Shown here in pieces: positions 28,219 through 40,739 of a stretch of DNA of 53,270 nt. Where the stretch lies: assembly GCA_000934665.2 (NCBI GenBank), contig JYFJ02002657.1, forward strand, positions 1 to 53,270, read 5' to 3'. How positions within the stretch are numbered: position 1 is the first letter of the stretch; each line of letters starts with the position of its first letter. Source of the DNA: Catajapyx aquilonaris. Its lineage: Eukaryota. A program made the position numbers and the translations under genes. The notes beneath the pieces were generated by a model. That model was not told the origin of the DNA, did not search any database, and was given only the letters and a program-made list of their open reading frames with translations.

Positions 28219-31200
28219 GCAAATGCGAGGGGGCTCTGGAGGCATGCGTCGTAAAATGAGACACGGTGGCATCATTTAGAAGGAGCAGCAAAAAAGTGAG
28301 GAAAGGGGCGTATTTAGGGAATTGGGCGAGCATTAGTTTCCCCTTGCTAGGCCTGTGACAGCAAGGCGAGTAGAAATCGATTGCAGTGTCCAAATGCAGA
28401 AAACTAATAGCCAGTTCCCTCCCAACCAATTAGAAAAGGTGGGATCCATGCAAGCTTGAAAGTTTGGAGGACTCTTTAATCTGACGTCCATATATTATTC
28501 CCTCTCGGAACAAGCGGAAGAGACAACTTTATCTCCCCGGCTGCTGAAACACCCCTCCCTTCCCGCTCATTTCTCCACAGCCCCCCCCCCCCCNCACCTT
28601 CCCCAAATGAGTTGCAACTCGCATCTTCTTCAAATATGCAAGCGCTTTCCCGTTTTATAGCCGCGCAGATCCGCACCGCTCTTTGTGTTTTCATCTCTCT
28701 TTCTTGCTCACTACTCACTGCAAAAATGCCATGTCCAGCAGCTGTACCCAACATATTCAGCAATAATGACCAGTCTCCTTCTATGTACATCCACGGAAGG
28801 TCCATGGCGTGTCTTCCTCCAGAAACAGACGAGCTGCAGCCTACCATTTTAGTTAAATGACACTCAACGGGGCAATATCTGGCATATATTACGAGGCACA
28901 TCCTAGCAGCAAGAGCTCGGCAGGCATGATTAGGAAGACACATAACTCCATTCGGAGACAGTTTGGAGTCTCTCCCATGCAGGCTCCTCTTGAGAGCCGA
29001 ATCCCTTTGAGGTCGGCAGTCTTCAACTCTGGGGCCGAATTCGGTTTCTGAACTACCATCAGCATCAGAAGCACGCGCTCTGCGTCACATCGGGATGAGA
29101 AGCTCCGTATTAGAGTAATTGGCAAGTTGCAAGGCTCCGGATAAGCGCCTATGGTGATGGCTTCCATTCCACCTTATTCAGGATCACTGGTCTACATACT
29201 ATGTGGCCAGATCCTGGTTATCCAATTAGGCATATGGAGGACGGGGGTGAGTAGGGGAGGGAGAGAATGGTGTTCCTTATCTTGTCGCGCGCGTACCCTT
29301 TCTCACAAGCCTCCGGAAAAATGGGTTTCTCTCAACCTTGACGAGATTGCTCAGCGTTACACGCACCAGTTTGGATGCTAAATCAGCCTGTATGGAGAAC
29401 TGGAATGTGCATGCACTTTTATCATTATTTTTCGTCCCTTTCGATCATTTTTATGGCCATCACAGGCTCAAAATGATTACCTTCTCCGATATGGTTACTT
29501 GGAAGTAATAGGCAGATATATAAATTACAACATCGAGTGCCCTGGTGTTAGTGTAATAATCATTTAATAGATATTTGTGTGTGAACGTTGCGCAAATAAA
29601 ATAATTATGCGACGAGTTAAAAACCTTCATTATTGGCGAAAATGACATGAAACCGAAGCGAAAATTATGTTCAAAAAAGTGATGCACTGTTGTTTCACTG
29701 TTTAAGTCGCCATATTCAACTGGGTACAGAGAAATAGGAGAATTATTTGGTGGCGTAGGGACTTCCTACAGGCACCTCATATTCAAATAAATGACCATGG
29801 ACTCAAAACCCCTGGAGGTACCGTTGGGCCACTAAAAACAAGCCGTAATTTTTATCATATAACAGTTTTTGGTATAGTAGAGCACGTGCGTTGCAAATAA
29901 GCACAGAAATCTCTTCGAAAAGGAGTATGTGAAGAGATATTATGCATCTTGAGCAGCCCTCACATTGTCAAATATTCATGTATACTACAGGCATAGGCTA
30001 CATGATTAAAAATCATGAACGTGTCGTGGGTTAAAAATGGAAAAAAATCGATCCAAAGCAGTGTTCCACTACTTAATAATTTGGAATCTCTGGGACACCT
30101 ACTGAGGATGATTAGTGGCTATCCACGTGCAAGCTCATTACAACTCACAATTAGCCCCACGCACACGCACACAAAAAACGCTGGCAGAAACTGTTTGGCA
30201 AGTAGCGTCATTCTATATATACTGCATACAATTACTGAATCGGAGTTACCACAACCATTTTCCATTATGACATGGCGAACCTTTTGCACGTGTAGCATTT
30301 TTCCATCAGACATTGACACTTTTTTTTTGCAAATGGTGGCAGGAATCATTCCGGCTGCGCTGCAAACATTCCGCACTACCAGCTCTTTGTTCAGCAGAGG
30401 GGGAGGGGGTATGGCAGACCCTCTGATTACAGGCTGAAAATGTCTGAACGGACGTTGCCAGCCTAGTAAATCACAAAAGCCAGCGGGCGCCATTCCAATT
30501 CATCCCAAGTTAAGAGTTGACAGCCGGAACGGACACTGTGACCACCAAATCAGGTTACCCGACGTCTGGCCGACTCGTGATTACTAAAACCTAAGTCAGA
30601 GCAGTAGCCCTTTTTTACATTCCCGCATAGGCATGTATAAGTTACAAAAACGTGAAGCAGACTCCAATAAAATGGAAGGAGGACTGCTAAAGACTGGGTC
30701 AGAAGCGGTGGGTCGCACAATCGATCGAAGAGGGTCATTTTCGAATTAGACGATCTCTGCACCATGCAGAGTGAAATAGCTTCACAGCCAGGATTCAGTC
30801 AAGTTCATTAGGAAATGCGATCCATTCAGGGATCAATTTGAACCCACCATCCCACCCACCATCTTCTCTCACTTCTCTCACTTCCTCGATTCTCTCGAAA
30901 ACGATTAAGAGTTATTTTCCAAGCGGTTCCTCACTCGGAAGAGCTGAGACATTGCCAAATCTTGCATTGTGAAAGGAGGAAAAGCCACCCTGCTTTTCGG
31001 TCCCGCCGTTTCCTTTAGCTCCTTTCATCAAGGGCGAAACCACTCTGATTATCTCCAGAATAGTAAGAGGATCGCTCCACGGGTACAAAAAATGGAAGCA
31101 AAAAAGTATAAAAGTTTCCACGCTCAAGATCCGAAATCAATGAGGAATGTATCTCAAGCATTTGCGGGAGCAAATTTCCATCATGATGGAAAGTTACAAA

Positions 31201-31306
31201 GAAGAGAAAGGGTGGAAGCGGGGAGCAGAGCCGTAACCTGATTTTGACAGCCGCGATGTAACTACATCCAGCGCAGTGTTGCTATACCCTCTTTCCTTCT
31301 AGAACA

Positions 31307-31482
31307 TCTGAATTTTAAATCTCGGAATATTTGAAAGTTTCCGTCCCGTGTATCCACAAAAAGGACGTGGCAGGATTTTAACGAAGCCGTGGAAATGATT
31401 TGATCTTCTTCCCAGTCGGAATAGGTCTCAATTTATGCGCTATTATAGACGGCAGGAAAATCCTGCCGGTAATGAGCACTAG
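31307..31482 (+). mobile_element. Non-autonomous Helitron-like element (3' end well defined, 5' end approximate)
   Basis: 8-bp GC-rich hairpin CGGCAGGA-AAA-TCCTGCCG (31450-31468), a 10-nt spacer, then CTAG followed by T, which is the canonical Helitron 3' signature. Upstream GAAAGTTTCCGTCCCGTGTATC...AAAAGGACGTGGCAGGATTTTAACGAAGC resembles short arthropod Helitron bodies. Confidence 0.6.
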
Positions 31483-32635
31483 TTTGCACACCCTTTCAGG
31501 AGATTCATAAAAAATACTTTACTGCAATAAAGCACCAATCAACTTTTGAATTTATTAACACCCTTATATTAACGGAATGACTTATTTGGAATGGGGTTCC
31601 TTTGAAGAAATAGAAGTTACTTAAGTTATATCAGCAATTGCACATGATTTCCCATCAGATAAGTACAGTAATATATGTATAATAGTAGGTCCATGAACTT
31701 GGTGCTTTAAGCACGTGAAATTAATTTTAAACATAATTGAAGTCGAGTGAATTCCATAAGTTCATTTCCACCAGGGGATGCTCATGTTGGTCAAGTTATT
31801 ACAGGTATGTGCAAGCGTAATGCGTCACTATATAACAAGCACAGATACTGAAGTCAAGGATTTCTAACTAGATGTTTATTTAGTTAAAAGCTGTAGCGCA
31901 CAGAGAGTGAGTTGTAAATGAACTTTGTGCACTTGTACTCACACACGTAATAGAATTTCGCGTCAAAATGCAACTACAATTTTGCTACTAAAATGTCAAT
32001 TATTTTGTGTACGTTCTGTCAAATGCTATACGTGAAGCAACTAAAGATATAATCCGTGCTGCAGAGGACACACACAATTTTATTATATTGCCTAGCGGGC
32101 CATACGCGATATATGCCTCCCATAAAAGTAATTTATTTATTTATAATAATTATATAATGGATTATGTTTTCCATGCTCACAAACTCTCTTTGCACACTGT
32201 CATTAAAATGAAATGAAGCAAGTAATGACATTGCCGGTAGGAAATTTCATGCTACGGTGAACAGTATTCTGCTACCATAGCTGAATTACGCATACAAACT
32301 CGAACACTAATAGAGGAGATCAAAAAGTATTGAAATTTTTAAAGGTATTTAAATGATAATGCTGCAATTAGAATACAAAAATAAAACATTTACTTATGTT
32401 TAGCGTAGAGCCTAACGTAGAACCAGGTAGGCACCTCCTCCAATGAGTTTTTATGAAGTTACCTTTATCTTGACATTCCTGCACGCCTCTAGTCATTGTC
32501 ATTAAAGCAACCTTAGTTACAGCTATTTCTTTCCAGTACTCCAGTACTGTAGTAGCGTCTAGAATTTTCAAGTATATGTTTACAAAGAAGCCCTATATTA
32601 CTATCCACCACATTTCTATCTTTCACTGACTAACA

Positions 32636-32808
32636 CCCGCAGTTAATTCTGCAGGGATGGATAAATGCATCCTCTAGTATAGAGTACGATCGATGTAGTT
32701 CAGCTAACTCAGCTAGATCAGATTTCATATCCATTGTTCATTCTGAGTTAGCTGATCCCCCTGATATTAAGAAATCCATTATTTCATCCCAGCGCTCTGC
32801 AGCGGGAT
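32636..32808. mobile_element. Degenerate foldback/MITE
   Basis: Nested inverted segments: CCCGC / GCGGG, GGGATGGATAAATG / CATTATTTCATCCC, and a perfect 13-bp TCAGCTAACTCAG / CTGAGTTAGCTGA. Confidence 0.55.
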
Positions 32809-34602
32809 GAGCTAATCCGAGTGCAAGCCCAATGTCAATTTAAACATACAGCATATCACAAATGCGATGGAAACCACATTCCATCAATGGCTCAGATTGA
32901 TTTTTGGCAAGATTATAAAATGACATGTGAATTATGTGAATTAAGGCGGAATACAGTTAGTGATGTCCTAGTTAACAGGGTTTACACTTTAGTGACACAT
33001 GATGCCATTCCATCTAATAGTCTATAGAGTTCCTAACCTGCCTTCCATCCCATCTCTCCCCCTCTTCCCTTTCTTCAGCCAAATTTCAGAATCGATCGGA
33101 AATTTGTGGTCTGAAACAGTCATGTCATACTATCTTACAGTATTTCCAAACACTGAAGCGGTCAGAAAGACCAGAAACCAGAGACGGTATTTTCCAATAC
33201 TCAAAGAGTAAACAACCTATGGCGTGGCTGGGTTTAAGGTAAAAAAGTGGATAACAATCACTTCCTCTCTGAATGTAACTAGGACAAAGGCAGAGAGTGC
33301 GAACCCGATTCGCTTTATACCCTCTTTTTAACGAAATAAAATCTGTTTTATTGTGTCTCACACTGTCTCCATTACCAAGAACAGCAACGAGAGACGGGGT
33401 GTATTCATCCGATTGCCTTCCGCTTGCCCTGGGCCTAGAAATTAAAGCGTCTCCGGAACCCTTCCTCTTCCTATAGCCTCCTATAGCCTTCCTATAGCTC
33501 CCAAGGAAACTCTAGGCATAGCGTCAACCTATAATGAACGCGACACGGATGAGTTCTAGCAGTCCAAATGACGTTTCTTTTGGCCTCTCTCTGAGGACAG
33601 TTGTTGGAAGGGTTTGTCTTCACATCATTAACACAATTCTTCTGGACCCATACACGGTGGAAGTGGGCAGACATCCTATGGGGATTTTCAAAAAATTCTG
33701 GCATTTATTGTAAGGACCTCACATTTATGCATTTCTACTAACTTGTATAAAGACGTGAGTCAAAATTAGAGTGTCATCATCGTTTTGAAATCACTTGCCT
33801 CGTGCAAAATTTAATAGCGCCCTGTTTTCCTCTCCTTCAACTCTACACTGACTGGTGAAAAATTAACTCTTCCAGCTATATCCAGCGGCGTAGTCCTCAG
33901 GGGTTACTGTAATTAATCCGGAGTTGGGCCAGGGAATACACAGCAAAGGGTTCTACATTAAATATTTTAATTAGTTTCACTGTTGCAACACTTTTCCAGC
34001 GATAATATTCCCCTCTCACCTCCACACTCTTACCTAATCTCTCCAAAATGAAACCACATTATTGCATTTAGTCCTATCAAAAATTCTCACTGATCCTGGA
34101 TTCGAAACAGAACTTACTAATCATTTAGCCAATCTACAGGGTGGATCTCTATTATCCAGTCACCCCTACTAACTCTCTAACTAGTATAGGGAAAGTGACC
34201 AAACGCGGACCCGGCGCTTAATGGGACCCATAACTTATTTTGCCAACTAGGTGATGCAGACTAAAAGCGAGACGGCCAAAAGGTTCATAAAGACGGCGTG
34301 AAGTAGTAGAATAGCAATCACGTGGTTTTTTCTGTTTTGTTTTTACCCCATTGGAGGGAACAAAGCCCTTTTAGGGGGTTGGATTACCACCATTTTTTCT
34401 TACGAATTTTCCTTCGCATTTTTCTCTCCGGTGCAGGGATCAGGATAGGGATTTGTGCGGAGGGGACACTGGTGCAAGTGCGTTGTCTTAATGTTGGGGG
34501 TCGTGTGCAGTCCCCCAGGGGGTCAGGTTGCAAGACACACTCCCTAGGTGCGGGTCAGAAACTCCTCACCGACACCACACCTCCCATTGGATGGGTCAAG
34601 GC

Positions 34603-34767
34603 TAGGAAAGGAAGGGGGCGGCTGTGGCCTATTATTTACGGAAGCGACTCCGGAATTTTCCTGGTAGGATTGTGGGAAACCACAGAAAACCACGGTCAGG
34701 ATCGCCCGCCCCGGGACCTCCCGATTAGCAGTCCAACACCATATCCACTCCACCAAACTGCTTCGGT
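34603..34767 (-). mobile_element. tRNA-derived SINE, family A, copy 2 (B box deleted; 3' part probably extends to ~34360)
   Basis: Aligns with 254-432 (TAGGAAAGGAAGG.GGCGGCTGTGGCCTATTA; GTGGGAAACCACAGAAAACCACGGT; GGACCTCCCGATTAGCAGTC; ACTGCTTCGGT). Confidence 0.85.
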
Positions 34768-36021
34768 GCAATCACGTAGTTAACATTGTTCAGTAAGGAG
34801 TGGTGGGTTGATTTCTACTGTATTTTAGCGATTTGTGAAATTGTTGCACCCTTTCTTCTCTTTGGGCATAGCTTGACTATGGCATTGGTCAGAGTTGATG
34901 TTTCACCACTGACTACTAGAAATACAGTAGAAGTAACAATATATGTGGAAATATAACCGCTTCTTAAATGTACAACACAGTACTTTAAAAAGCCATGTTT
35001 TCAAAGCAATGCTCTTCCCCCAATGCCAGACCCCTACAGAGTGTGGCCTTATCTCCCTTAATTTTAGGTAATAAATGATGGAAAACGATGGCAGCTACGT
35101 GAAACTATAAGATCGCCGACTAATTTTCGATTGACAATGTGAGTCTTCAATGTTTTGCTATTTTTCTTTTTAATTGTTGTTATTTATGTTCACAATAATT
35201 TTTTCCCCAATAACTCATTCCAATGCATAACTTAAGTTTGTTTTCATTATCCCCAGACTAATTATATTATTTGCATTTGGAGGTCCTAATTTGAAGGAAA
35301 AAGCGAGGGGGTCCGGATTTGGAGCCCTTTTTCTGGAGCATCATTTTTGCAGACTTTTACTAAATTCAAAAATGCGATTAACTTGGAATATTTACGTGGA
35401 TTTTGTTATAGCCAGTTTTTAGGAAACTAATCAAGGAATCTTTTGGCACCGAGCAATTAGGTGTAACTTTAACAGTTAGGAAGTTATTCGGGAAAAACGA
35501 ATTGGGGGTCCTAATTTGGCCCTTTCCTACATAAGTGTAGGCCTACACCCAACTCATAGCTGGATTTTTAACGTGCACAGTATGTGGCAAGATAAAGTAG
35601 CTCGTGTCCTCCACCCTTTTTGTAAGGTAAATACGACCAAAACCGGAGTGTGCGTTGTAAAATTTGGCATGAAAAAAGAGCTGCTATAAAGTAGAGGTTG
35701 ACCCACGAACAATCTCTATACCGACTGCAATTTTTTCTTCACTTTTTTCACAAGATCGATCCTGGTGACGCCTCGCGAGTCTACACTCTGCTCCAGACGC
35801 CATTTGCTTACGATGGCTTGTGACAGGCGCACAATATGGTCCTTCCAATGCATTTCTAAACACCCCTCTTTTTTGTCACCTGGAGAGCTCAAGTAGGTGA
35901 CGCTGACAGAGTGATTTAATCGCATATGCAGTCGGCTTCTCTCACACACCCTGAAGGTTGACTGGTCGAATCAAATACTCTAGTAAGTTATAAGGGAAGG
36001 CCTTATCTTTTTTTTCAAATG

Positions 36022-36620
36022 CAGTAAAACTTCTATAAGTCGAATCTACATGGGACCGGGAAAAAACTTCTAGTTATAGAAGATTCGAGTTAGAGAAGTT
36101 TGGCTTTTTTAAAGCACAGATCTCTATAAGGAAGCCTATCTTTATATCCAGCGACGAAAGGTGTTCAAAACTTAAAAATAACTGTCATTATCACACTTAC
36201 AATGTTCCTCGTGTTGTTGTAAAAAAAACTCCATTATGGACATTTTCTTAGATTCAATGATTCAATATACGTATTGTCACAATCGAGTCAAACACTTCTT
36301 TCGGTACCTCTGGTAGACGGAGATCAGGAAATTGAGCCTTTCTGTACAAGTGGCCTACTCTCGACCCTTCGGCTGGAAAATTAGCAAATTTTCCGTGCTC
36401 GCCAACATGAACTTGGACTTAGGGAGACTGAAAATGCATTGATATCCCATCGTAAGGCCCTGCCTGCACTTCGAGTTATGGAGAACTTCGAGTTATAGAA
36501 ATTCGAGTTAGGGAAGTATATTTCCTATTATTTTACACGGTGACCAACCAAGCTCATCATTTTCTTCGACTTATAGAGAACTTAGACTTAGGGAAGTTCG
36601 ACTTATGGAAGTTTTACTAG
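36022..36620. mobile_element. pogo/Tigger-like (Tc1/mariner superfamily) non-autonomous element, ~600 bp
   Basis: TIRs CAGTAAAACTTCTATAAGTCGAA / TTCGACTTATGGAAGTTTTACT, plus several ~15-16 nt subterminal repeats TTCGA(G/C)TTA near both ends. Confidence 0.85.
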
Positions 36621-37676
36621 TATTTTTTCAGAACTATCACAACTATAAACACGTGCATTGTTATGCGGTAAAATTCTTACAAAATGGAGGAAATATAGGT
36701 TAACGTACATCCACAGAACATTACACCGTAATGCGGCAACGATGTTTACCAAACTCTACAAGATCCATCTCCTTCCTCGGAATTTGCTGCAAACGAGATA
36801 ATTTCCGTCCCAGGGATGATTTACGAGTGCGGATATCGCATTCTTGACGCACTTGACAGGCGCAAAAAAAAAGAAGGGCAAAGAAAGTAAGAGAGCAAAA
36901 GCTGATGGAAGTCCGGCCACGAGCTCTAGGATAAATAAATGACCACATTACACCCGCTCCCTCACACCATGTTCTCCATCCTTCATCACCCTCCCCCCCC
37001 CATCCCCTCCCTCCCCAGCCCAGTTTCTCAGCTCCCAGAAACTTTTCTTATTTTTTTAAAGCCCTTCATCCTCTGCACTTTCTCCAGATTACAAGAACAC
37101 GGGTTGAGCTGTCACCGTGGCTGGGTAAGGAATCAACGCATTTATATTCACGCGCGCCAGAGAGAACATAACTCGTTAGTGGCCAAGTGTACCAACCTTC
37201 TTAGGAGACAGCGTTATAAATAGCTACTTTCAGGGCTTTACTGCTAACTTATCTCTAAAGAGTTACCCTGTGCTGCGGCTTACACCTTCGTGTGCAAGTC
37301 ACACTTGTCGTGTACTGACTTGATGAATGCCATGCTTGTGAAAATAAGACGGTGTGTGTCAAGTGCAAGTCTGCAAAACCCTGCAGAAGTAAAATGCTTG
37401 GTCCATAAAAATAGATTACATCAGCAGCACCAAGTTTCTAGTTGAGTCTAATTTCGGGAAATCAATTCCATATACATCCTTTATGAGGAATATATACAGT
37501 TGGCTGCCTGAACCAAGTATGATAAAATCAGAATCCCACTGCCCAGTAGGGTAATACATAATAAATAATAAACAGAGCGTCGGCCGGCGTCGTATATCAA
37601 CCATTAGCTGCTATGTGATTCCAAACATTGGCGCCATGACCTTTGCATCGTTTTGCATAACAGGTGATTTCAATTA

Positions 37677-37829
37677 GTTGTGGGGCCGGCAAATAAGCCG
37701 GCCGTGACTTGTGCAAAGTTGGCTGGCGTCCAGGCCCACAAAACTGACGCCAATCAAGGTAGCCAGATGAAGCTTGCATGTTTGCTCCTTTGTCGTGCGG
37801 CTAATACTGCACCCGCCCACCTCTCTCAT
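37677..37829 (-). pseudogene. Decayed THAP-domain-like relic
   Basis: MREVGGCSISRTTKEQTCKLH, then (shifted) DWRQFCG..RQP, then (shifted back) RLICRPH: the order GC...LH...W..FC...P...IC..H. Confidence 0.35.
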
Positions 37830-38114
37830 ATCGAGTCCCGAAACGCGACAAACATCAGAGGCCCGGGAATTACCACAACGACGTATAAACCCTCCAGACG
37901 TCAACATCGTGATGACAACCTCTAAAAAGGCGGAATTCTATGCTGGGATTGGTTTACACTGTATTATGAATGCGTGCCAGGGTTTATCTGTTGATTACCA
38001 CGATTACAGGTACCACGGGTATACACCTAACTGGATAATAGAGGCACCTTTTCTGTCATGGTGATCAAACTGGAATGATGACTCGGCATCCTGACAGTCG
38101 TGTTCAGGAACACT

Positions 38115-38445
38115 GCTGTTCAGTATGGGGTGAAGTAAATTGAGGATGAACAGAAACACTTGGTGTAACTTTCGTTTTCCCCTAGCGAACTTCGAAAGCA
38201 ATTCAATGTCGATAGATTTGAAGAGACATTCAATATGGCACTGGAGTCGAGTTATATTGGCCACTGCCCTCTCTGAACGGACCTTTTTTCTGTATCGAGC
38301 TACAGCTACGTGATACTTGGGTCCAACAAACAGATCTGCCGGAAATATATCATCCTGTGTCAATACTCAACATTTTGTTCCATTGTATGATAAAAAGGCT
38401 TCATTTTAGCTGCCCTTTTCCGGCGGAAGACTGCAAGAGTAACAT
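38115..38445 (-). pseudogene. Decayed PIF/Harbinger-ISL2EU-type DDE transposase C-terminus (DDE_Tnp_4-like)
   Basis: GKGQL at ~38407-38421, then VARYRKKVRSERAVANITRL...SIDIELL...LHQVFLFILNLLHPIL, resembling GKxQL...IAxxRIHVERAIxRIK...IPIxLL...DQI..VC..LxNLxPPL. Confidence 0.45.
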
Positions 38446-40319
38446 TATATGCGACTGTATACGGCATATCACGAGCATTTTATTGCGCTATGCTAGTTTG
38501 CATGTAATAGGGCAATCGCACGATTATTTTCAGCTAGAATTTGCACTTTAGCGGAAACTCGTTACAAATTACTGTACGGTACCAGTATTATTTCGATGTT
38601 TCACAAGTTTTTCGTACCTTCTCAGGCGATGGGTAAAACTTTCAGGAAATACGATTTTCTTGCAGGAGAGTGGTACGTCACCTGGGTTTCGCCATATTTG
38701 TTGTTACGAATCAAGATGCCCGAGGCTTTTGGGAATTCACTGGTGCGCCTCATTTTGCTCACGTCGGTCCATTATTCTGTTAGGGCTGCACATGAAATGT
38801 GGCAAAGAAGAGAAACTAGACTCGCAGCAGCACAGGCCTAGCGCATCTGGTATAAGGTTGGTCGACAAAATATCCTATAATACACCCAAAGAAGAAAATG
38901 ATATTCCACGCGTTGGCCCACCTTGACAGCTGTTACTGAAGTCAGACGTAATAACATGCCCACAATATGAAAGTTGGATGATAACGCTGGGAGGTTTTAC
39001 TTCCATATTATGCTGCATATATAGCGTCAGTTGGGTTGGCTGGAATGACTATCGATGCCTGCCTGCGGCTCAACAATTTGCAGGTAGAATCCCCATTTAA
39101 AACCGACTGTCATTCCTTTTCCTTATTTCGGTTTAATGTTCACCTATTAACAAACATTGTTTCTTCATTGCCCCAGAATATTACAAATGTAAGAAAAGTC
39201 CAGAAAGTTATATAAAGAAATGGGTCAAGTCAGTAACAGTTTTTCATCATTCAGGAATGGTGTTTAAATATTCAGTTTCAAGTTGCAGGCCGCTTTCAAA
39301 AGAGTTAAACCTATACTGGAAAAAAGGAAAACAGTCCACATTCCCACAGCAGACTATTAAAAATTCTCGTTTGCGTTCCTGTCTCGTCATCACCGGGAAA
39401 TGGAAGGAATAATTGCGTTATGAACATTGTTTTAGCGGTAAACGTTCGTAAAATTTTCTGCATATCTGCCTTGATAACAATAATATTCAACAATGCTTCC
39501 AGTTGAGGGTATTTCAAAGATGGTTCGAATATTTTGACCAATTCACACTATATGAAATATGTAAAAATTATTACCATATAATATCAATCAATCCATCCAT
39601 TTATTTAACCTCCCTATTTTAATATATCTTTTCATGATACATCTGTCACCATTATCCATTTTTTACATTATTTTGCAAGTAAAGGTGGAGAGCAAGACAT
39701 GATAAATGTACGGTACCGTTGATGTTACATGATATTTTTATGCCATTTGGCCACGTACACTACGTCAAATACAGGTAGATCGCCTTCTCTTGTTCAATCG
39801 TGGGCTCATGGAGGATGTGCCAAATATTATCTCTATGTATTATTGGTATAGGTTTTTGTAACTTGACCCTCCCTCCCAGGAATATAGGACATTCACTGAG
39901 GATGTGGACCCAGTCGTTTTCCTTCTTTTGGTTAGATAAATTCCAATTTTCCTCCGGGTTAATTTGGAGACATATTTTGTTTCTTAGTGGTATCCAGTTG
40001 GAATTAAATCTAAAACACGACAGCATTCTGCTCAGATTTAAGGGTACGAAGGCTCTAACATATTGGGCAGGAAAGTATACCTACGAGTACGTTGGTCGTA
40101 GTATATAGATCAATTTCATTCTGTTATAACAGAATGAAATTGATATACTACGACCAACATACTCCAGGTATACTTTCCTGCATGGATAGAAGTTGACTTA
40201 GTGAGACATTCAATATCGTTTTTGACTTCCATGTCCAGCATCGTTTGGGTTACTATAGCATAATATTTCCGTAACCAGTATATGTAATATATAAAAATTA
40301 TTACCATATTATAGGTATA

Positions 40320-40739
40320 ATATTATAATAATCGGCCGGGAAGTGCTTTCACCCTCTTGGGGTATATCGCACGGACCTTTATTATTATACAGTGTACAAT
40401 GTACAAACAGAACCTTTCTGCAAAGCGCCCTGGTCCGAGGGCAGGGTGACTGGGAGGGGATGTGCATGGTGCAGTGCAATGTCAGATCATACGCTACAGG
40501 ATCAGTTCTATAGTATGACTGACAGAACTCTAGAACTAGTGCAATGTCATTGCTATGGTCATTTTGTAAACTCCCCCTGGTGGTTAGTCTAGCGGAAATC
40601 CCACCCGAGATGAAGCCAGAGACGACCCAACTCTGCACCAGATGAAGGGGGGGGGGGGGAATTCCCTGGCTTTTGGGATCGAACCCGGGACCCTTACATC
40701 CGTGGGCGCATACGTTACCGCAGCATCCCTCCGCCTCCC
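40320..40739 (-). mobile_element. tRNA-derived SINE, third family
   Basis: Minus strand begins GGGAGGCGGAGGGATGCTGCGGTAACG...AAGGGTCCCGGGTTCGATCCC (B box), has a ~350-nt body and ends in an ATT-rich tail. Confidence 0.65.

Noticed and set aside
28067..28429. Poly-Ala/poly-Gln transcription-factor-like exon
   Set aside because: Explained by the (GCA)n repeat; the flanking translation is not protein-like and no homeobox or other domain is nearby.
32368..32571. LINE ORF2 C-terminal fragment
   Set aside because: Only a vague resemblance (RGVQECQDKG...WRR); no reverse-transcriptase motifs.
33860..33880. Partial match to miR-750 (TAACTCTTCCAGCT); similarly AGATCCGAACT near 16778 to miR-100
   Set aside because: The seed regions do not match and no precursor hairpin is evident.
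36060..36610. CRISPR-like repeat array
   Set aside because: The repeats are short, irregularly spaced, lack unique spacers and lie inside a TIR element in eukaryotic DNA.
39311..39541. pogo transposase relic (KYPQLEALL, DETG, CGLF)
   Set aside because: The motifs are compressed into ~75 codons and partly out of order; not distinguishable from chance by eye.
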